From assembly GCA_029864565.1 (NCBI GenBank), contig JAOTTD010000001.1, forward strand, positions 208-64,207: a stretch of DNA of 64,000 nt. Reading direction: 5' to 3'. The notes under the pieces were generated by a model that saw nothing but the letters and a program-made list of their open reading frames with translations, did not search any database and was not told the origin of the DNA. This stretch comes from Thermoplasmata archaeon (lineage in GTDB: Archaea > Thermoplasmatota > Thermoplasmata > UBA10834). The position numbers and the translations under genes are program-made. Position 1 is the first letter of the stretch, and every line of letters begins with the position of its first letter. Below, one piece after another: positions 43,316 to 50,900 of the stretch.

Positions 43316-44261
43316 GTGCTCCCCCGCAAGACGACCCTTGGCCCGCGGTGCAACCGAAGCAGTGGCTCTCCGTTACGATTCTCCTGCGGGAATATTGCTT
43401 TGGGTCGCAATCACGAATGTGCTGAGGTACAGAGTCATCGACCGTCAATCCAAGACCGAGGTTGAAGTCGCAGTCGTAGACTTTTCCGTCCCAACCAACA
43501 TTAATCTGGCTTCTGCACATCAGTCCATCGATGGTTTCTTTGTTGAAGGCCTTCCGTAGCAGCCAATCATACCTCTGGAAATGGCCCTTTTGGCGCAACA
43601 TCTCGTTGAAGCGGCCGACTGGCATATTAGCAATCGTGATAAGGCTATTGAAGTCAATGCCGTATTCCCTGAAGAGTATCTCCCGGTACTCCTGCTCCAA
43701 GGCAGACTGCTCTGCTGGCAGGAAATCACCCTCTGGGTTGAATACCAAATCCAGCTGAAGTTCGAGAACCCTTCCGTAGCCAGCTTTGTTGAGTCTCTTC
43801 AGAGCTTCGATGCTGCGATTGAAGACGCCATCTCCGCGCACAGCGTCGACCTCCTTTCTTAGATAGCAGGGAAGAGACGCTACGAGCTTCACTCGATTCT
43901 GCTTGAAGAAATCAATCATCGACTTCATTCTTGGCTCAATAAGAATTGTCAGATTTGTCCTGATCTGGACTCTGAAGCCTTCTGCGGACATCGCCTTGAC
44001 GAACCTCTTCAGATTAGGATTCATCTCGGGGGCTCCTCCGGTAATGTCCACAAGCTTCGGTCTGATGTCACGCGCAGCAGTTATCACGAGCTGCATGGTG
44101 TTCCAATCCATCAGCTCCCTCCTCTCGGGACCCGCCTCGAGATGACAGTGTTTGCAGCGATTGTTGCAGAGGAATCCAACATTCACCTGAAGCGTATCCA
44201 CTCGCTCCGAAAACAGCTCAGTTCCAACAGCATTCTTTATCCTCTTCTCAAAGTCATTCAT
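43305..44261 (-). CDS. radical SAM / Cys-rich C-terminal domain protein (ArsS-like, recalled as TIGR04167)
   Basis: CNNRCKHC radical-SAM cluster motif, ITGGAPEMNP, and a C-terminal DUF3641-like HCFGCTAGQGSSCGGAL. Confidence 0.85.
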   Translation of the reverse strand: MNDFEKRIKNAVGTELFSERVDTLQVNVGFLCNNRCKHCHLEAGPERRELMDWNTMQLVITAARDIRPKLVDITGGAPEMNPNLKRFVKAMSAEGFRVQIRTNLTILIEPRMKSMIDFFKQNRVKLVASLPCYLRKEVDAVRGDGVFNRSIEALKRLNKAGYGRVLELQLDLVFNPEGDFLPAEQSALEQEYREILFREYGIDFNSLITIANMPVGRFNEMLRQKGHFQRYDWLLRKAFNKETIDGLMCRSQINVGWDGKVYDCDFNLGLGLTVDDSVPQHIRDCDPKQYSRRRIVTESHCFGCTAGQGSSCGGALVR

Positions 44262-44402
44262 GTTCCCGCCATTTCCCGGTGCCTGAATTGCGATAATGGC
44301 CTTTAATGACTCTTCCTACCGGAGAATCTTCCGTCTTGTCTATGCGGCAGTAGTGTTCAGAGTCGAATGCCTAGTATGACAGGCCAGTCATGTCGCAATG
44401 CG

Positions 44403-44478
44403 AGGCCAATCAGGCCGAATTGATGTCGGAGCTAAACCCCTTTCTTCTGATTTCAATCAGGGGTAAGTCCGAGCTTCC
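44403..44478 (-). repeat. R1 dispersed intergenic repeat, copy E (about 1.5 tandem diverged units)
   Basis: GGCCGAATTGATGTCGGAGCTAAACCCCTTTCTTC is followed by TGATTTCAATCAGGGGTAAGTCCGAGCTTCC. The second part matches copy D (CTGATTTCAATCATGGGTGAATCGAACTCGG). Confidence 0.5.
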
Positions 44479-44514
44479 TATCGCAATACGGGAAGACTCG
44501 GCTTACTTCGGCGG

Positions 44515-45108
44515 CTACTTATTGACCACGGGAGCTTCGTATGGCTCCAATTCTAGGGGACGTGCTCTTGAGGAGACTGCTTTGGAATGAAGTAGAACAG
44601 CCGATGCTTGCAGGATGCATGCGATTGCACATAGGTAGAATCCTCCTCCAGGACCACCGGTGTATACAACGTCCCCATCGGTTGTGCTCGAAAAGAATCC
44701 CGACACATACTGCGAAGGGGCCGCGCTAGGGAAAGCCAACGTGAAGTACACAAGCATCCCGACGCCAATCGTAACCGGTGCCATTCCAGATGCTATGTCC
44801 CTGATTGCAGATCCTTTTGTGTCTGACATGACCCAATACGCGTAGTGGAGGGATGCGAGAAACCACAGGACGGCGAAGAACTTCAGCATTTCCATTACTT
44901 CCCCTACGGGGTTCCAATCGCGGTAACTCTCGGCTGTTCCGTATAGTGGGTCAAAATGATTCAGATAATACTCAGACACGATTATGTGTCCATTTGAGAT
45001 GTAGTACCACGACATCCAAAATGACCCCATGACAAAGAAGACTGCGATAAATGTCAGAAGAACGCTGCCCATAGAATAGCCTGGCAGCCTCGCCATTGTA
45101 TCCCTCAT
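44515..45108 (-). CDS. hypothetical four-helix membrane protein
   Basis: 197 aa with helices VLLTFIAVFFVMGSFWMSWYY, FFAVLWFLASLHYAYWV, VTIGVGMLVYFTLAF and FYLCAIACILQASAVLL. Confidence 0.6.
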   Translation of the reverse strand: MRDTMARLPGYSMGSVLLTFIAVFFVMGSFWMSWYYISNGHIIVSEYYLNHFDPLYGTAESYRDWNPVGEVMEMLKFFAVLWFLASLHYAYWVMSDTKGSAIRDIASGMAPVTIGVGMLVYFTLAFPSAAPSQYVSGFFSSTTDGDVVYTGGPGGGFYLCAIACILQASAVLLHSKAVSSRARPLELEPYEAPVVNK

Positions 45109-45353
45109 ATCCTACATCAGATACTATACTCCTCCCACCTTATTGACTTTTCTCACGTGGAATTGCCGGGGTTAGATCCTTTTCTCTTTTCTTGTCAATA
45201 TCAGATAGGTTAGCAAGGTCTCAATTCCCTCCGATAGAACCGAACCATCCGACCGGGGTTAGAGATCGCACCAAGAGAAAGAGCCATGGGAGGCGAAAGA
45301 AACCCTTAAGCCATGCCAGGCAATTCCGGCCATGGGCACGGGGGAACTCGGGT

Positions 45354-46670
45354 ATGTCAATCAGTGACTCTTCGAAGCGTCTAATGTGTTTGATGGTTTC
45401 TGCGGCGTTCGCCGTCCCGCTCTTCGCGAGCCTGGCGGCAGGAGAGGGTGAAGACGGTGCTGCAGACTGGACACTGGCGATATACCTCGACTCCGATAAC
45501 GATCTCGACTTCTGGGCGCAGGAAGACGTGAACCAGATGCTAAGCATCGGCTCCACAGAATCTGTCAACATTATCCTTCTGTGGGATACGGAGATAGGCC
45601 CTGCGCATGTCTATCACGTGCTCAAAGGAGAGCTTCGAGAGCAGGAAGACTGCGGGCTGCACGGGGTCGAGACGAATATGGGTGACTCGGAGACACTCAG
45701 AGAGTTTGTCACGTACGCCACCTCGAATTTCGAATCGGAGTACTTCCTGCTCGTTCTCTGGAACCACGGGGACGACTCCCTGGGAGTATGCTTCGACTAC
45801 GACACCGGAGCCGACGATAGCATAGACTACCTCACCCACCAAGAGGTGGTGTCAGCCCTAACCGACTACGAAGTAGACGTGCTCCTGTTTGCTGCCTGTA
45901 TTCTCGCAATGGTTGAGGTTGCCTACGAATACTACGCATCTGGAGCGGACATTGACTATGTCGTAGCCAGTGAGGGGTACGACCCGATGCCTGGCTTCCC
46001 GTGGGACACCATTCTGACGAAACTCGTTGCCCAGCCTGGCATGGCTCCACTTACGCTCGCCACGACCTTGGTTGACGAACACGTCGACTACTACAACGTT
46101 AAACACCGGGGAGAGGAGGGACCACACCAAGACGGGCAACTGGAGGATGACCCAGGAACTGCCTGGTGGTACATGTCATACGAGCACGTGACCTTCTCCG
46201 TGATAGAACTCTCCGGAATGGGAGAAGTCGTATGCGACATCAAGGACATGGCGTCTGCGCTAATCCTCGAGATGGATGAGTATGCAAGTATTGTGTCATA
46301 CGCGAGAGCGCAGGCAATCCTGCCCTGGTCCCAGAACGGCTGGGAAAGAACTGTCGACCTCCCGACGCTTGTGGAGGCTATTCGCGATCGAAGCCTCGGT
46401 GCTGTCATGTCTGCGTGCGAGAATGTGATGATGAGTCTGTCGGATGCGGTTGTCTACTATCGCAGTATAGACGAACGGTCGGGATACGAAGGTATGGGCG
46501 TACTCTTCCCCAGATCGCTCGCGATGTATGAGAATTGCCAGGTGAACGTAGGCCATTGGCCCATGCCACAATGGTCCGAGTATTACGGGCAGATGCTCTT
46601 CGTGGATGAGATTTGGCTTGACTTCCTTGACGCATATTGGAGCGCCGCGCCTTCTGGTCCATCTTCATGA
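45354..46670 (+). CDS. secreted clostripain-like C11 cysteine peptidase
   Basis: Signal-like RLMCLMVSAAFAVPLFASLAAG. WTLAIYLDSDNDLD, LVLWNHGDDSLG (His) and LLFAACILAMVEVAYE (Cys). It ends IWLDFLDAYWSAAPSGPSS. The ORF track starts at 45192 (TTG). I prefer the ATG at 45354. Confidence 0.85.
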   Translation: MSISDSSKRLMCLMVSAAFAVPLFASLAAGEGEDGAADWTLAIYLDSDNDLDFWAQEDVNQMLSIGSTESVNIILLWDTEIGPAHVYHVLKGELREQEDCGLHGVETNMGDSETLREFVTYATSNFESEYFLLVLWNHGDDSLGVCFDYDTGADDSIDYLTHQEVVSALTDYEVDVLLFAACILAMVEVAYEYYASGADIDYVVASEGYDPMPGFPWDTILTKLVAQPGMAPLTLATTLVDEHVDYYNVKHRGEEGPHQDGQLEDDPGTAWWYMSYEHVTFSVIELSGMGEVVCDIKDMASALILEMDEYASIVSYARAQAILPWSQNGWERTVDLPTLVEAIRDRSLGAVMSACENVMMSLSDAVVYYRSIDERSGYEGMGVLFPRSLAMYENCQVNVGHWPMPQWSEYYGQMLFVDEIWLDFLDAYWSAAPSGPSS

Positions 46671-46736
46671 GTAAACGGTGGGTCAGAACCGCTGGCGAGA
46701 GGAGTGGGACAAAGCCATAGGAGCGGAGAGAAGCCC

Positions 46737-47624
46737 TTAGGCCGAAGGCGATTCAAGGATGGGGGAATGGCGACGGTCAAGAGGGAACCATCTCTGAGTG
46801 TGATTCTCGCTCAGTTCCCACAATCTTCTGGCCAGTTCAGGGTCGTTGGACTCTTTAGAGGTCTTTGTCACCCTCCTCTTTCTGAAGCATTCTCCCGAGA
46901 TGTTCATCACGTTCTGCGAGCTAGCCAAGTAGACAGAGGTGTCTGCACCTTTCTCGGGACTGGCTCCGAACACCCTGAAGAAAGTCCTGCCAAACGCTCC
47001 TGCGTTTCTCGACAGGCCCGTGGCGACAAGCCCCGGCATCAGACAATTGGCGGTGACGCCTGTGCCTGTCAGTCTCCTTGAAAGCTCCTTGATGAAGAGT
47101 ATGTTCGCCAGCTTTGATTGCCTGTAGGCCTTCATCGCGTTGAACTTAGTTTTGAATTCAACGTCGTCAAAATTGATGGTCCCTCCATGAAGCCCCGAGG
47201 AAACACTGATGATCCTTGCTGGGCTGCTCCTCTCCATCAAGTCAAGGAGAAGGTTCGTCATAAGGAATGGCGCAAGATGGTTTACCGCGAATGTATTCTC
47301 TATTCCGTCCTTCGAAACCTTCCTTTCTCTCTCCCACGTCCCTGCGTTGTTGATCAGAATGTGCAACCTGTCGTATCTCTCCCGGAAGTTGGCGCAACAA
47401 TCATGCACAGAAGACAGAGATGATAGGTCGCATTCGAGGGAATCAATCATTTCGTTCTTGGAAACAGCTGTTATTTGGCCTCTTGTGGCCTTTCCCTTCT
47501 CGGCGCTCCTCGCCGTGAACACAACAGTTGCTCCCATCTTCCCTAACGCTAACGCTGTTTCCCTTCCGATGCCAGATGTGGCCCCAGTTATCAGGCATAT
47601 CTTGCCGCTCATCATACCTGTCAT
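46737..47624 (-). CDS. short-chain dehydrogenase/reductase (retinol-dehydrogenase-like SDR)
   Basis: ITGATSGIGRETA, NNAG and the catalytic YRQSK. Confidence 0.9.
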   Translation of the reverse strand: MTGMMSGKICLITGATSGIGRETALALGKMGATVVFTARSAEKGKATRGQITAVSKNEMIDSLECDLSSLSSVHDCCANFRERYDRLHILINNAGTWERERKVSKDGIENTFAVNHLAPFLMTNLLLDLMERSSPARIISVSSGLHGGTINFDDVEFKTKFNAMKAYRQSKLANILFIKELSRRLTGTGVTANCLMPGLVATGLSRNAGAFGRTFFRVFGASPEKGADTSVYLASSQNVMNISGECFRKRRVTKTSKESNDPELARRLWELSENHTQRWFPLDRRHSPILESPSA

Positions 47625-47832
47625 GCCATCATCGTATGTTATGACTGCAATTGTTCTTTTGCCCGATTTAGATAGGACTCGCTTCTCGCGAAGAACAAGC
47701 TCAAATCGCTTCCAGCTGAGAGAAGGCCGCGGGGAGGAGCCAAAAGATGACCCAGTAATTCAGGCTTGAATGTCGCACAAACTGAATTCCCCACTCCACG
47801 AGGAAGAGCGATGAAATCACCTACATCCGAGT

Positions 47833-47893
47833 GCAAGAGCGCCCTGATTGAAGACGAGCCATCCGTCCCGTTTCATCCAGGGTTCCCCCTGCA
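47833..47893 (+). repeat. R2 short repeat, copy X3
   Basis: GCAAGAGCGCCCTGATTGAAGACGAGCCATCCGTCCCGTTTCATCCAGGGTTCCCCCTGC aligns with 62786-62848 (GCATGTCGTACCCTCCAACCGGAGAAGAGCCGGCCATCTCGTTTCATCCACGGTTCCCTGC). Confidence 0.55.
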
Positions 47894-47966
47894 GCTCGGC
47901 CATTCTTGCCGTACGCGAATGCTGATAATCGCCTATAATTTGACGATGTTTGATATCGTCAGCCCT

Positions 47967-50900
47967 TCAGGTCGGCGGCGCCTTCCTCCTGCGGACTGCG
48001 ATGGCTACTGCTATAAGGGTGATCGCGGCCAAGGCCGCGAGTGCAATCAATAGCCACGGCATCTCCGAACCTGGGAGACCCTCGTCCGGCTGACCAGCTA
48101 TGCCGAAGAGGGACAACCCTGACACGTTGGCCCACAGATACCCCTCGTAGGACATGCCGAAGAGTTCCACATCCGTCGTGTTCACACCGGTGGTATCGAC
48201 GATGTCAGAAAGTCTTACCCATTCGCCGTCTGCCGACAGGAGGAAGAGCTGCAGCGAGCTCTCATTCAGATCCTCAGGGTCGCCCGCGTCGCCGTCGCCA
48301 TTGACGTCGAGGTCGGAGGCCGTGTAGTATATCTTAATCAGCGAGCCCGAAACGACGGCCGACAGGTCCGGATCGAGTGACTGGAACTCTATCCGAACAT
48401 ACTTATCCATCATGAGTTCGCCAGGCGCCAGGGCGTCAGACCCGGAGAGACTATCCGAGACCTCGTCGTCATGGAGCTTGTCCACTCTCACGCTGAACGT
48501 GGCCATGTTGTCGAGCTTCGTCCACACGAACGTGTCGGTGGCCCTCATGGTATCCATCTGGTCGAGCATGAAGCAGGCCCTCGGGTTCAGGTAGTCCACC
48601 ATCACGCTCCTCTCCGATACGGTCATGCGCATGCTCTTCAGGACGCCCAGTACCCGGATCCAGTCGGTGTCGTAGACGTGCGAGAGCATCACTACCGTCT
48701 GCGTCTCGTTCCACAGCCCGTACCTGACCGCCATCCGACCGTATTCCGAGTCGAGCATCTGAACAAGGACTTCACCAGAGTCCTCTAGTATTGAGTATAT
48801 GATTCCGCCCGCGGTGCCTTCGCCCGCTTCGGGGTGGCCAACGAGGACGATGTACCTCGCATCGGCATGTTCCGCCAGCAACGTATCGGGACCTACGGTT
48901 CTGACATCTGCGTTCTGCGTAAGATGCAGCGCGAACTCGGCCGAGCCTTCGATGTCGTCGTAGCAGAGTACGATCTCGTCCTCAAGCTCGAGCAGGTAGT
49001 CGAGGTCGAGTGAGTCGGGCACGCCATCGCCGTCGGAGTCGGTGCTCCTCGGATTGAGACCCAACTCCAGCTCTCTAGAGTCGTTAACCCCGTCGCCGTC
49101 CGTGTCCTCCGACAGGGGGCTCATCATTGACGATATCTCGAACCCGTCCGAGAGCTTGTCTCCGTCAGAGTCTCCGGAGGTCGCGTTGGTGTTGAACAGA
49201 ACCTCTTGGCCGTCATCGATGCCGTCAGCGTCGGTGTCTGCAGAGTTGGGATTTGCCCCGAGCTCGTACTCCTGACCGTCGAACATGGAATCCCCGTCGG
49301 TGTCTGGATTCTTGGGATCAGAGCCGAAGCCGATCTCCTTGAAGTCATCCAGGCCGTCCTGGTCGGTGTCAGGTGTGTTCGGGTCAAGGTCCAGGATGAA
49401 CTCCTCGTAATCTGTCAGCCCTTCGCCGTCGGTGTCCTGAACCTTCGGGTCACTTTCGAACTCGACCTCGGCCCCGTCCCCGAGCCCATCGCCGTCCGTG
49501 TCCCAGTGTGTCAAGTTGGTCCCGAGCTGCCACTCCTCCATGTCCTGAAGCCCGTCCTCGTCCGGGTCAATCGAACGCGGATCGGACTGCATAGCAGCCT
49601 CGTCGGGGTCGGGAACGCCGTCGGCATCTGTGTCGGGCGTCATCGGCTCGCTGCTGACCGTGAGCGAGGAAGTAGACTCCTCTGTCGTGACAGTAATAGA
49701 CCATCCGCTTTCCTCTTGGACATCGGTCAGGCCGTCGCTGTCAGCGTCGAGGAACACATAGTCGGGCTCTGCCTGAATCAGCTCCATGTCGTGAGAGCAT
49801 CTGGTCACGTTCCCCCAGCTCGCTAGGTAGATGCGATTCCCGCCGTCCACTGTAATGCCGTTGGCTGCGATGTAGTCCTCTTCAAGGCTGCACATCCATC
49901 TGCCGTCCGATGTCCATTTCTGTATCCGGCCCGCGAAATCCCCGCTACCATCAAGCGTCAGTATGTCGCCATTGACGTCGACCCTGATGCTCCTGACTCG
50001 GTCGAGAAAACCGTCCTGGGTGCCTGTCTCGCCCCACATCGTCACGAACGTGCCGTCGGGTTCGAACTTCTGAATCCTGTCGTTGTTCGTGTCTGAGATG
50101 TAGACATACCCATCCTCATCGACATCGATGTCTGCCGCGTACCATCCCAGGTCGAACTGCCCAGGTCCGGTGCCGGATTCTCCCCAAAGAGCCTCCTGCG
50201 ATATCATTTCAGTTCCATTCATCAAGAACTTGCGAACACGATCGTAGGAGTCCAGAACGTACAGATAGTACGTGTTGGGGTCCGGACCGTTGGGGTCCAG
50301 AGTCATCCCGAATATTGAGACGTCGATGCCCACGAGAACGCTGCCAGGTATCTGACTCAAGAGCGTTCCGTTTGTTGCATAGACAAGGACATCCGCGCCC
50401 GTGCATACGACCAGGAGTGTCTGGCGCTCGCCGGACAAGTTCAGGTAGATGCATTCCAACTCATCCGGCCTGTAGTCGGGGACCGGAAATCCTCCGACCT
50501 CAGTCCCGTTCTGATCGAAGACCACGACGTTGGTGGAGTTGTCTGTGTACACAAATCCGTCCTCGTCTACTGCGACGCAATTCGGGGAGTATCCCACAGC
50601 CTCGGGCACGAAGGAGGAGCTGAAATCGATATGCGTAAGATAGTAGTCCGTGATCTCGTCCTGAATGCCGTCCCCATCAGTGTCGGCACTCCTCGGGTTC
50701 AGTAGACAGTAGTACTCCTCGAAGTCGCCGATTCCGTCTCCGTCGGTGTCGCTCAGATGGGGGTCGGAATTGACCAGCCAGTAGTAGGTGTCGTTCCTGT
50801 ACGTGAAATTCACCGCCCATCCGTGATACTCGAAGAAGTCCGTGAGGCCGTCCCCGTCCGAATCAGGGCTGGAGAAGTTGTATCCTCTGGCGTGTTCGAA

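Noticed and set aside
43305-43360. Selenocysteine (in-frame TGA) in the C-terminal Cys-rich tail of the ArsS-like radical SAM protein.
   Set aside because: The tail reads HCFGCTAGQGSSCGGAL with ordinary Cys codons and a normal stop. I noticed no in-frame TGA or SECIS-like hairpin.
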